The notes beneath the pieces are model-generated. The model ran no database searches. It had not been told where the DNA came from and was given only the letters and a program-made list of their open reading frames with translations. Below, piece by piece: positions 14,725 to 26,715 of a stretch of DNA of 64,000 bases (within the stretch, counting starts at the first letter, position 1; each line of letters opens with the position of its first letter). The translations under genes were made by a program, and so were the position numbers. This DNA is from Sphagnum compactum (Eukaryota), in the NCBI GenBank assembly GCA_965153455.1, contig OZ234493.1, positions 33,532,213 to 33,596,212 of the forward strand, given 5' to 3'.

Positions 14725-15545
14725 TGATGCGCCCCCAAGTTCCTTATTAGACCCAAAAAGGGTCCAACTATGTTAAAGAGCAGAAGTAGTTGGAACTTGG
14801 TGCCACTCCCAGCTTCCAGCACTAAAGGGGGTGAGAGGGGCGTGCTGAAAGCTTCAGGATTAGACTAGGAAGAAGGACAACGTATTTAGTTACTCGGTCC
14901 TGCATCAAAACGAACCAACAAGTTGGTTAGATCACATTCGGAATCACTCTTGGTGTTGGGACAAGCCACGGGCAACACGGACTCACTTGACTCACCACGG
15001 CTCGGACTCGGGGGAAGTCACCACCTTCTCCCATATAATATTCTCTGCGTTTGCCCACGACACCTACATCCGAATGGCTTTTTGTCCCGGGACTCCCAAG
15101 GAGGAGTCCCGAAATTGTCCCGGTTTGGACTCCCGGGGCTTTGGAAGCTCATAACTCCCAGCTCAGACCTCCGATTGGGATGAGGTCTAAAGCAAACTTG
15201 TAGCTCTCTTCAAGAGCTTTCCAACGGTGTGTCGCACTCCACCTGCACACACCGAGATTGGGTCGATTCTTGAATTTTAGTGGTCGGGAGTCAAATTGCC
15301 AATTTGACTCCCGACCCTTCTTTTGACCATAACTTGTGCTGCAGATGTTTGAATGGCTCATGCAAGACCATTTTCAACATTTACACTTCAAGATCTTTCC
15401 AACGGTATAAAAAACACCTCAATACAATGTGTTTTGACCCCTGCAATCAAGCTCTGAGTTTTTGGGAGTCCCGGAGGACTTCAAGTTCCCACTTTTGGGA
15501 GTGTGAATTTCATCCTCACACTTGCCTCAAAGTGGGGTTGCGACA
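14725..15545 (-). mobile_element. Solo LTR (821 bp), reverse orientation
   Basis: TG...CA ends and a perfect 5-bp TSD GAAAT (14720-14724 / 15546-15550); reverse-complement homolog of 17465-18349. Confidence 0.85.
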
Positions 15546-17464
15546 GAAATTCCTTTAAAATTTCAAGTTCCCAACACTATCCTACCCACTTCTATTTTTT
15601 CAAAGTACTCCGAACATCCAACCCATTCTTCCTCTTTCCACCATCTACTAAGACTCATCCTTCTTCTCCTCTCCTTCCCAAGAAAAATAACATAAGAAGG
15701 AAACCCCAAAAACTCTTCCCCCCCAAGCTTTTCATGACCCCTCCTTGAACTTGTTCTCTTCATCCAATGAAAGTTGTGGAAATCCTTCCCTCCAATCCAT
15801 GGCTCCTCATCCTTCAAATACGAATGAGAATCGATAATGATTTGCCCTCCAATGGAGTTTAGGATGAACATTCTTGTGCCCAATGAAACACCAAAAGGGT
15901 TCCATCCTCCAATCAAATCAGATGACAATCTTCATGACCAATGGAATTGAAAGACTCATCATTTTCCTTATTTTGGACATCTTGATGAGGTTTTTGAGCT
16001 CGATCCTTATCCACTCCGTCCGTTTGACTTTCACATCCTACTTCATCGTCATAATTATTTCAAGTAACTAACTACTAGGATAATTTATCGGTAGTAATAA
16101 GTAAACATCCTTGAGTTCTTACTTGATTAAATCAACTCAAGGGTAGTAGTAACATTCGCATGTACCATTTACTCTTTTAATATCCCCTAGTTATTCTTTA
16201 CCAGGTACTAATTAACTGTGTAGTACACAATAAATTGGAATTAAAATTTTCATCACAAGAACCCCCATGTACTTCTAAATCCACCGTCAAAATTAGGGCT
16301 TCACGAATCCATTAGAACTAGGATGTCCGGGTTTTCATGAAGTTTTACCGTCACTGCCACACATTGCGCCTACCCTAATTTGTTAAATATAGGCATCGAC
16401 CCCCTTTGAATGTAAGTACCAAATTGTTCTGGCTACTCCTTTGGTTTTTGTTGATGCATGTGAAGATTCAGTCATGGCAGATGATGTTGTTACGCCCTCA
16501 AATCCTCTAGATGCGCTAGTAGAAAAGAAAGAGCTTGAAAAAACACCGTTTGACATGAATGTCTCCCAACGGCTATGTGACGAAAAACCGTTCGAAAGAG
16601 TGGTGCACACTTGAATCAATCGTTCAGCATGGGATTGTTGATTGTCTCCTAACCCACATGCTTTAGCGATCTACTTAGAATTTGTTCTTGTTCGTGGAGC
16701 TGCGCCAGAAAGGTTTTAAGAGTGTCAATGTGAAGATGACGATGTTTGTCTTCATTGTTGAACTTGGGTTCCTGGTGATGGCCATTATTGATGGTTATGA
16801 GGCCTAATCAACCCCCTTTCCATGGAGCATCGAGCCGAATACCTAACTCGCACCATTCGTCACATTCTGGATTTTCTACAGTTGTGATTTATCCCCTCTA
16901 AGTCATTTACTAAATTGTAATTCATTTGAGGCTACTCTGGTGGAAACACTAGGATTTAAATTCGATTTCGATTCTATTTAGGGACCTAATAGAAGTGAAG
17001 ATTGAGTAAAGGTGTATTAGGATTACATCATAGAAATCTTACAAGCACATCATTAGTGTCTGAAGATTATTCTAAAAAACTAATGGCGATATGTTGTGTT
17101 AACCATGGGCTTGAAGATTGTTCTATCTCTTTTGGACCTTTCATCGACACCTCTTCAACTACTTCATGAATCTCAACATCCTTGCTACTTACTAAATACT
17201 AGAACAAGACTAATGTTTTGCTGAACACCACGAACTTTGGTGTCTACTTCCACCCCCAACTCTCTAAAGATCTTTCACCCCTAATTACGCAACTGAGGTC
17301 CTAAAACTATGGTTATCAGCTTTTTGCTGGAGAAAGGAACTAACCCAATACCTTATTCACCAATATCGTATTTCAAAAAAGAAAAAAACCCCCCCACGCA
17401 ACCATGTGCATTCATCATTCCTTATTTTACCCTAAAGTCGTTAAAAACCCTTAATAACTTTACC

Positions 17465-18349
17465 TGTCGCAACCCTAGCCTTGGGTTCGCGACCAAGGCG
17501 AGGGCTTGCAAGGGTGCGGGCCAAGAGGAGGCCCAGGAGTCACATTTCATGCTCCCGGGAGTGCAAGAAAGTGTGAGGGAATGTCCCCTCACACTCCCAA
17601 GGGAACTCCCACTTTGGGATTTGGAGTCTCGATGGACTCCCGAGTTTTCAGAGAGTGATTGCAGAGGTCAAAACCCAATGGATTGAGTAGTTCTTCATAT
17701 CATTGGAAAGATCTTGGAACGTAGGTGTCCAAAATGGGCTTGCATGACCCATTTGGACACTTATAACACAAGTTATAGTCAAAAGAAGGGCTAGAAGTCA
17801 AAACTTCCGACCACTAAAAGTTGGGAATCAATCTGATTCCCTTGTGTTCAGGTGGCGTGCAACATACCATTGGAAAGCTCTTGACGAGGGCTATAACTTT
17901 GCTTCAGACCTCATTTCAATCGAAGGTTTGCACGCAAATATATGGGCCCCCAAAGTCGTGTGAGTCTAAGTGGTGGGAATTTCAAGACAAAAAGCCATTT
18001 GGGTGCAAGCCCCATGGCTAGGCATAGAATATATTATATGGGGGAAGGTGGTGGCTTCCCCCGAATCCGGGCCGTGGTGAGTCTTGTGAGTCCAAGTTGC
18101 CTGTGGCCCGTCCTAGCACCAAAAGTGCTCTCACTATGCACTAACCAACTTGTTGTTTGGTTTTGTGCAGATCTATGTGAGTGATTGATTGCTTGTCAAT
18201 TCTTCCTAGTCTCATCCCAGAGCTCCAACACACCCCTCTACCCCCCCCAAAGTGCTACGAGCCAAGGAACGTGCCCCAATTTCTTATCCTTTTGTTGTTT
18301 TCAAACCAGACTCATATTTGAGTCTATCAAGGAGCTTGGGAGCGCGTCA
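17465..18349 (+). mobile_element. Solo LTR (885 bp), same family as 14725-15545
   Basis: Begins TGTCGC, ends GCGTCA; perfect 5-bp TSD TTACC (17460-17464 / 18350-18354). Orientation is given relative to the other copy. Confidence 0.85.
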
Positions 18350-19379
18350 TTACCACATTCAAATATCCTTGATGCAACTCTTAAAAATTGAGACTACCGC
18401 ATACGGTTATGTCGATATGGTTCACACCTAATATTTTTAAAATTTTGGAATTTATTATTTGATGATTGGATTTTGTGGAATCCAATGTTATTTTGGATTG
18501 GGTGCTTCATGGGGGTTGTTTGAATTGAATTTATGCCTTTCCATTGGTTTTCACCACCTTTGAATGGATCACGACTTGGTCATTTTTTTTCTTTTACTTG
18601 GGCGTTATGAAATAATCCATGTGGTTGTGGGTGTTTGGATTGAGTTGGGAGACCAACATCACTTCTAATCCTAGCCTCTTCTCATCCTTTGGCCCAATTT
18701 TAATCTTCATTTAGTCTTTGTTTGGAACCATTGAACCTCTTTGGAAATTAAACCATGGATTCTAATGGGTGGGTTGAATGGATATTTCAATGGCCACCAT
18801 GACTTCTATATTTTGTGTAGGTTGCTACATTGTCCTTACCACCATAAAGTTATTCGCATCCATCATTTAACTTCTAGGTTTAATTATAGATGGGGTTGAA
18901 TTTTTAAAAATTGTTTCCCACAAATAGTATTTTTAAACATACCATGTTGATAGTGGTTACCAAGGGGAATTTATGTGCAAAAATATGACCACATGAACGA
19001 TAATTACTTTTTGTGTCTAGTTGATTGTGCATTCACCCCTACATAGTTCATTGAATATATTGTAGTAAAATTAGATCACTATGTAATGGACCCAATTCAT
19101 GATGTAATGTATATAATATATTCATAGTTGAATTGGGACCCTATGTTTTGAACCCAATTTGTTATATATTGAACATAATTAACTTGAGACAATTTATAAT
19201 TATTAAACAAATAGGTTTTGTAATTTTAAAAACTGGATACATATGTGTTTTTGTTGCAATCCAAATGGTGTTTCAATGCCATTAATTGGTTTATGTCACA
19301 TAAATGCTAACCCAATATGGATTTTTGGTCACAATGTTAATCGATGCACTAATAAAAATGTGAATAATAAAAGATAGCT

Positions 19380-20130
19380 TAATTTTTTTAAAAATAGCAT
19401 AGGGTTGAATAACTTAAAATAACCAATAGTAACATATCTAGAATAACCTATAATAGCCAAAAGTAACCTACAATGGAATGGTTTAAAATAACCAAAATCA
19501 AAACATCTATAATAGTTTATGATAACAAAAAATAACCTAGAGTGGAATAATTTAAAATATCCAAAAATAGTTTAGAATTGCCTAGAATTGTAAAAAGTAT
19601 CTTAGGGTGGATGGCCTAAAATAACCAAATGTAACTTAACATGGAACAACTAAAAATGGCCAAAAAAATAAGACCCTTAAATTTTTTAAAAATAATTTAA
19701 GGTGGAATAACTTATAATAGCCTAAAATAACCTAGAATGGCCAAAGTAGGATAAAACGATATAACCTAAAATAACATAAAATAACTTAGAATTACCAAAA
19801 GTAAACTAGGGTGAAATAACTTACAATAACACCCAAAAAAAAAAAAAAAAAAAAAAAAACCTAAGGTGAAATAACCTAATATTGCCAAAAATAGTTTAGG
19901 ATGAAATAGCCTACAATAACCAAAAGTAACATATAATGACCTAGAATTGCCAAAAGTAACCTAAGGTGAAATAGCCTATAATAGCAAAAAAAAACCAAGG
20001 ATAGCCTTGAAAAATCAATAAGATTTTAAGATGAAATAGTTTAGAATAACCAAAAGCAAATTAAAATAATTGAAAGTACCCAAGGTGAAATAACCAAAAA
20101 TACTTCAAAATTGCCAAAAGTAATTTAGCT
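19380..20130. repeat. AT-rich degenerate minisatellite
   Basis: Repeated AAATAACCTA(G/A)A..CCAAAAGTAAC..GGTGAAATA motifs. Confidence 0.75.
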
Positions 20131-23100
20131 TAGGTAATATTATTATATTAACAAACAATTATTCATTTATTTTTAAAAATTCAAAAAATGATTGTAATTA
20201 AAATGTTATTGAATAAATATATTCAAAAAAATTTGGTCAAATCATTTTACATTTTCAAAATGAAATAAATGTATTTGTGTACATTATGGAAAAGCCTTTA
20301 AGAATATTTTAATTAGTTCATTTGGACAAATTATCAATAAGATATGAAATTTTAAAATTAATGTTTGTGTAATGTTTTAAATGATTTTTGGGTAAATATA
20401 ATGCATTGTAATTTATGTTCACAACAAGTGAGGTGATTTGGTAGTATGGGTGTTTGTTTCGATCTTTGGGGTTCAAGGATCAAACCTTGCCAAATATGTG
20501 GTTATGGTGAACAATAGTATGTTGACTTGAATATTCCCTTAGGCTACATAGGTGGACTATCTAGTCTACCTATTTAAGTTAAGTTTTTTTTAGGATGGAT
20601 GAAACACTAACACATTCACTATCTCATGGGATGAAAAGAATGAAAATACCAATAACATATATTGTTTTATTTTATTATTTATACAAATATGTAAATTATT
20701 AATTCAACATTATTGCCCAATGAAATGGTTTGATGAATTTGTTTCATTAGAAGGGTACTTTGTTTCACTAATTATTAGTGAATTAAGTAGAGTCAAAACA
20801 TTTTTAATCATTATCAAACCATCATGTTGTTCAATTAATGGGTTTATAATTTATTGTATACAAAGTTTGAAAAACCTTCAGGTTAAATTTTTTTTGGAAA
20901 CATACTGGCAAAATGTGTTCAAAAATATTTTTACATTAGAAAGCTTGATATATTATTATTTTTTAAGTAAAAGTTGAAAGCCCATAAGAATATTTGAAAA
21001 CAACAATATCCAAGAAAGTAGAAAAATCCAATATTTCTCCTATTTTAAGCCTATTTTCTATGAGACAAATGTTCGAAAAAAATTACTTAACGTTGTGAAT
21101 GTACTTAAATGAACATTAAACATGTACTTTTTTTATACCATTGGCATAAAGTTAAAGAACATGTACAGATTGATCATTGGAATAAATAATATTTTAAAGT
21201 TACTATATGAAGATGTATTTTATGGGTATTTTCCATTTATGCAAACAAATCTCACAAAGTGTTTAATTGATCATGCTTTCACTCATAGTGAAATAGGTCT
21301 ACTACATAGTGATTAGTTCACCTATGGTGGATTGGGGTTTAGAGTTAGGTGAAATTATTTCATTATGAAAACCCCACATTGATTTAGGTTAGTGAATTGT
21401 GCCCACCTTTTGTACTAGTGTATATTCTTGATTTTGAATCATTTTCCTTTTAATGGGTTCTTGTGTTTCTAGTTGGTCATCTAGCCTTTGGGTGCACATA
21501 ACAATGAATAAGATGTTCAAAATTGTAAAATCTATACCTAGTCAATAGTTGTTTATAGTCAATGCAAATTGTTGTAACATTGTGATCTCTTAAGCTTATA
21601 GTGTGTAACTTGATAACCCATCTCATTTTTAGGTCTATTATAATGTAGAGCATAGGGTCCTTCCTTGTTTTGTTTGTTTGTGTAATCGAAATTTAATATG
21701 ATGTTAATTTGTCTTACAATTGTTACCTCAATGGGTAGGTACTCCATTGATAAAATACACAGGGGCATCAACAGAAGTAGCTTTAACCTTCTAAGAGTGT
21801 CTGGGTTAAATGTCAATATCCACATATGAAACGTCACAGTGCACTATTGGGATTTGAGTGGGGATAACATGAAATGTGTTTGGTTGCATATGCATTAAGA
21901 AAGAGAAATAATAAAATCCCTTTAATCTAATTAAAAGCCCACTCCTCCTCTAAGAACATGTTGATTGAAATACGCAATTCAATTTGCTATATTGAAAGTT
22001 GATAGCTTGTTACCCATGAAGCTAGTTATAATTGTGCATTTTGTATATCACATTATTTCATTCTTAACCGCTATCATGTTTAAAGTAATCGTTGAAATTG
22101 AATGTGGTTTTTAGGATCAAACCTTTGTGATTCTTAAAACACCTTTTAGGTATAATTTCTCATTGTTGGGCTTTAAAGGATGGACTTTATTATGTTTGAT
22201 TGATCTTGCACCAAAGCTTTCCAGCAAATTTTATTCCTCGTATGTTTGCACTATTTTCATCATGCGGGTGGCTTCTTAGGGTTGTCATTAACAATGGGGG
22301 GTAGGACACACACACACACACCCCACATTGGAGAACCTCCTTATATGAAAGTTGTGCCATTTGAAAATATTAGTTGAATGTCTTCTAGCCAATGCATTGC
22401 TTGAACACTGCACTTCACATTGCAAACACTTTGGTTAAAAACATGATCAACTTCTTACAAGGACTCAATAACCTTCAATCAAACATAGATGAAGAACTCC
22501 TCTAAACCCTCCCACCAACAAGATCACCTCACTCGCGATCAATAATCAAGATCCCCACTTGCTTATGGAACATTGTGATGGAAACACCCTAAAATCAAGC
22601 AATCAAGTGGATTAATCTATCTAGCAATTAATCTCTAAAAAGACTCATTCGTTTGGCCACAAGAGACTTTTGTTGACATTGTCCAATGAACCTCTTTTTG
22701 GTGCAATGAGCCTTTTTGATTGGCCCATTACAAAAAAGTTTCGAAACTTTGGAGACTCTCCAACATATAGACACATTCCCTCCAAACATATAAAACATAT
22801 AAGTCCCAAGCCCACCTATACGCGTTCCAAGAGAAACTATTGGGCAAATCATATGGGACAAAGTGAGGTGTTGTTGGGAATATGTTGGGGAACACATTGG
22901 GAACTTGATGGGAACATAATAAAAACTTGGTGGGGAATACATTGGAAACTTGATGGGAACATAATTAAAAAAAACACACAGAGCAGGTCTATATGCTCGG
23001 TAAAGCCCTCAGCAATGGTCGCTTTTACTGGGATTGGGCCTTCAGCACATGGCTTTAATTTGCCTCAAGTAGGCCCTTAATTCTGGTAAGGCCTAAAACC

Positions 23101-23802
23101 TGGGGTTGACCCTACTCTCTTTTGTTTTACTATGGGGTAAATATAATCCCTCCTGCAAATACAATAAGGGGAAAGCTCTTCTTGTGTTCTCTGCAACAAA
23201 ACTGAGCCCTTTGCATTATGTTGTTTTTTCTCAGGCAAGTTCCATTCCTTGTGATTGTATTTTGCTTGCAAGAGAAATAAATAGTACTGCAACTTTGTGG
23301 ACATCATTGCCAAAAGAACTTCACAATCACACTGCATTGAGTTTATTTGTCTGTATTTATTTATTTACTTGAAGCAGATAGTAAGTAAAGTACTTATCAA
23401 AGTGAAAAGAAAAAAAAAGTCAACTTTTCCCACAATTTAGTTCCCACAATTTTGGTCATTTACCAAAATAAAAAATCAATAAATAATTTTTTTTAAAAAA
23501 ATCCAAAGAAAAGGTGCCAAGAAAATAAAAAGGTGCCAAGGCAAGGCAAGGCAGGCCCCTGTGTTTTGTTGGGATTTCTCTTCTTTTGTCCAATAGTTGA
23601 GTTGTTTTTGGTGATGTTACCAGAAGTTTTTAGGGTAGAGAGTAATGGGTTGTCTCATTTTGTAGAAAAGAGAAGAGAAAAAACCCTAAAAAGTAGAAGA
23701 AACAGAGGCCTTTCCAATTCTTACCAGGAATCTTTGTACAACTGTTGTATCTGTGTGTGTCTTTTCTCTCTTTCCCTCTCTTTGCCTCTCTCTCTTTGCC
23801 TA

Positions 23803-23833
<31 letters not shown>

Positions 23834-24132
23834 GCCTCTGCACACACAGGTTCCTTTGCCTGCCAACAAAAGTTTCCAAGAACCTTTAGCTCTCTTATGT
23901 AAGTTGTTCCCTTCCACACTCTTAATTGATCACCTAACAAAGTCAAACAAATGATGTGAATGATGATGGGGAGCCAAAAACCCACCCCCTCATGACCTCT
24001 GCAAACAACCCAATCATTCCATTCTGCACTTGCCTTTTGCATCCATCCCTGCTCTCTGTGTGTGGGCTGCTGTTGTAACAAACAGATTCCTAGTCCACTG
24101 CCCCTATCTCACAACACAACACAACACGCTAA

Positions 24133-24458
24133 GGCCGACTTTAGACGAGGGTCCAAGGTCCAGGGACCAATGAATTCAAGCAATCTTAAAATTGGTTGAA
24201 AGCTTTAAAATTGTCCCAAGGCCTTTAGACGAAGGGTCTGAGACCAAAAAGTGGCAAAATTGAGGCTAAACCTACATGGCACCTGTTTTGGAGGGAAAAT
24301 CAATTGGTTGGGACCAAAAAAGGCGAGCTTGTGATTTGGAGAACCGCGAATCAGGCTAGGGACCAAGATAGAGTCCAACTCAAGGATTCAATTTGCTTCA
24401 AATCAGTCCAAATTGGTTCCTAGGAAATTGGACAATGGACCCTTGTCTAAAGCTGGCC
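24133..24458. mobile_element. MITE, Tourist/PIF-Harbinger-like
   Basis: About 23-bp TIRs GGCCGACTTTAGACGAGGGTCCA / TGGACCCTTGTCTAAAGCTGGCC, flanked by TAA / CAA; non-coding interior. Confidence 0.7.
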
Positions 24459-24913
24459 CAAGATCCATGCCTTGAGGGAAACACTAAACACTAGACCGTC
24501 CGTCGACAAAGCTGTTGCTCATCAGAATGGGTTTTTCACCAAAAGAGCTAATTCTTTGCACAAAATGCAACTACTAAGTTCATTTATCTTTTCTTAAAAC
24601 AAAATTCCTTGCGCTGTTGTTATTCAGTTAGGTCCATTTTTTATTTTCTTTCAAAAAGAATTCCCCCTCTTTTCTTCAAATACTTGATCCCTCACCTTTC
24701 TCACTTTGTGTGATTACTAGAGTGGCCGGTGGTGCCATTGGCCCAAGTGTGAACTCTACATTCAACTGATTTCTCCTTCCGAAACAAATTTTTTGTAGTT
24801 TAGTTGAATTTCCAACCATAGGTCTAAATCTTGTGAAACAACCTCAATGCACCTCAATGATACTCATCAAGAGCTGCTGGGTTTTGGGAGATCTCAACAC
24901 AACAAACAAACAA

Positions 24914-25240
24914 GGGGTGTGTCACACTGTGGCCTTAGCCATTCACATTAAAAAGTATCTTAAGGCAAAAGACAAATTATGGAAAAACTCAAATATTTCA
25001 CCATGCAAAAATATATTAATCTTCAAAAAAATCCTCTAAAAGAAACCCAAAATCCTTCAATAAATCATAACTATATAATTAATCTCAAAGTTTCAACACA
25101 AGCCAAAATATCATCTTTCAAAAATCCTCGCATAAAATTAGATCCACTACCTACGGGCCAAAATCCCTTAAGCTACTATTATACTCTATTATGAATCTAA
25201 ACACAATATCCTTGCCTTGGTAGAGGCAAGGCCAACAAAC
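24914..25240 (+). repeat. Dispersed ~320-bp repeat family (other copies 26803-27125, 35720-36005 reverse, partial 10270-10515 and 26260-26370)
   Basis: Near-identical blocks (..GGCCTT(A)GCCATTCACATTAAAAAG..CTCAAAGTTTCAACACAAGCCAAAAT..GCCTTGGTAGGCAAGGCC) occur five times in this window, with short inverted GGCCTTGCC/GGCAAGGCC ends. Confidence 0.85.
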
Positions 25241-25886
25241 TACCTTCCTTAATACATAGATTATCTGGATCCGTACTTACTACATTAAGCTTCTACAATT
25301 TACGTTTCATGGGTATTTTCTTTAATACATTTATTTCATTTCATGGCTCCAATTCCTTCATTATTCCCCATTTTTCACCCGCCATGTGAATTTCCGATGG
25401 TGTGTGGACTTTCTGTGGAGGAGAGATGAAGAGTCGAAAAAGGACATAAACAAAACACAACACAACACACACACACACACACACACACACCTCCCTGTGT
25501 CAGTCAGTAGCTTGCACAATTTCCTCTATTGAGCAAATCCTCAAACCTCTCGGAGGCCAGGTGCTTGATTGATTCCATGCAATGGGCAAGCAGCAGCCCC
25601 AGACCTGCAAAGGCAGGCAGCATGTGCTTTATCCAAGATCCAATACCAAAGGTTCCTTTCAGGTGGTATGATCTTTTTTTCTTTTTTTTTTGGTTGATTT
25701 GCAGGCACCTTCAGGGCAGTGATTTTTTTTTTGAACAATTTTTTTTTCTTTTTTTCAACAAAAATTGGGAGTTTTTTGTGAAGGAATTTTTTTTTTCCCC
25801 TAGTTTAAATTTGACTTAATTTGCTATAATTTTTTGGGGAAAATTTTAACCAGATTTTTTGTATTTCAAAATTGAACGAGTTGACA

Positions 25887-26251
25887 TGTCAAACAGATTG
25901 CTTCAGCCGTATGCGGGGAAATTTGCATGTATGGTTTAGAGGGAAGCTTGAGGGGGTCTATTTATCTTAAAAAATATAACAATATTTTATCATGGGTTCA
26001 AATTCCTCCATAGGAGACGTAGTTCAATTGGTAGAGCGCATGTTTTGCAAGCATGAAGCTGTCAGTTCAAATTCGATTGTCTCCAAATAAACGAATAATC
26101 TGCTATGAGAAAAACAGCATAAGTGTTTGGATGAATGATGATAACATCTGCGAGATATTTCGTTATGCTTTGCACTTGAACAACTTGGCTTCAGGAAAGC
26201 CAATCCAAAAATCAGAATGGGAGATTAATTTATCTATAGATTTTCTATGTT
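25887..26251 (+). other. NUMT-like insertion: group II intron domain V/VI, degenerate tRNA 3' exon and trnA
   Basis: AGCCGTATGCGGGGAAATTTGCATGTATGGTT (about 25905-25936) is a group II intron domain V (AGC triad, GAAA tetraloop), followed by tRNA-like sequence and trnA. The block is flanked by the direct repeat GAGTTGACA (25878-25886, 26252-26260). Confidence 0.75.
26013..26085 (+). pseudogene. trnA: Decayed organellar (mitochondrial-type) tRNA-Ala(UGC) in a nuclear insertion
   Basis: 73-nt cloverleaf GGAGACG..TGTCTCC-A, anticodon loop TTTGCAA, T-loop TTCAAAT. Stem defects are C>T/G>A-type transitions, and the Ala identity pair G3:U70 reads A3:U70. Confidence 0.8.
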
Positions 26252-26693
26252 GAGTTGACACATATAAAAATAGACCTATTATTATTACCTAGGGGCCAAA
26301 ATCCCTTAAGCTACCATACTCTATAATGCATCTAAACACAAAATATCATTGCCTCGGTAGGCAAGGCCAATAAAACATTTTCCACCCCAAAAATTATAAA
26401 TTCTCACAGCTTCAATGTGCTTGAAATGGGTAGGGTAAAGTATTCTTTGGGTACCTTATATGCATGAAGAGGAGGCATTCTTCAATTGTAGGAACTTGTA
26501 TAGGAGGCATATAAAGTAGATGAGACAACAAGTTTGTATACATGAAGAATTGCCTCCTATAAAAGTTCCTATTACGTAATAGGTTGCCTTTGGGAATTCA
26601 CATGAAATCCATTTCATGCACTGGATCACCACAATGGATGTGGTGCAATGTGCCCATCTCACCACCCACTTGGAAATTTAAGGGTCACCTTAG

Positions 26694-26715
26694 TAGGGTT
26701 TAGGGTTTAGGGTTT
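26694..26715 (+). repeat. Short interstitial plant telomeric repeat
   Basis: TAGGGTTTAGGGTTTAGGGTTT, three units. Confidence 0.6.

Larger units (their letters stand above)
11012..18900 (-). mobile_element. Highly degenerate retroelement (probably Ty3/gypsy-type) hosting the two solo LTRs
   Basis: Starts TGTTAG at 11012, interrupting another repeat. Long stretch of stop-riddled gag/pol-like sequence on the minus strand (e.g. around 12.7-13.3 kb) with CpG/CHG depletion. Boundaries and superfamily are approximate. Confidence 0.45.

Noticed and set aside
14923-18391. ORFs of 66-125 aa overlapping the LTR copies
   Set aside because: They lie in or overlap non-coding solo LTR sequence, and the frames are not conserved between the two copies.
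23500-24120. Gene or MIRNA locus in a CT-microsatellite-rich region
   Set aside because: The ORFs are microsatellite translations, and I found no conserved miRNA sequence or convincing hairpin by eye.
26013-26085. Functional nuclear tRNA-Ala gene
   Set aside because: T-stem mismatches, loss of G3:U70, no oligo-T terminator, and an adjacent group II intron fragment point to a decayed organellar copy.
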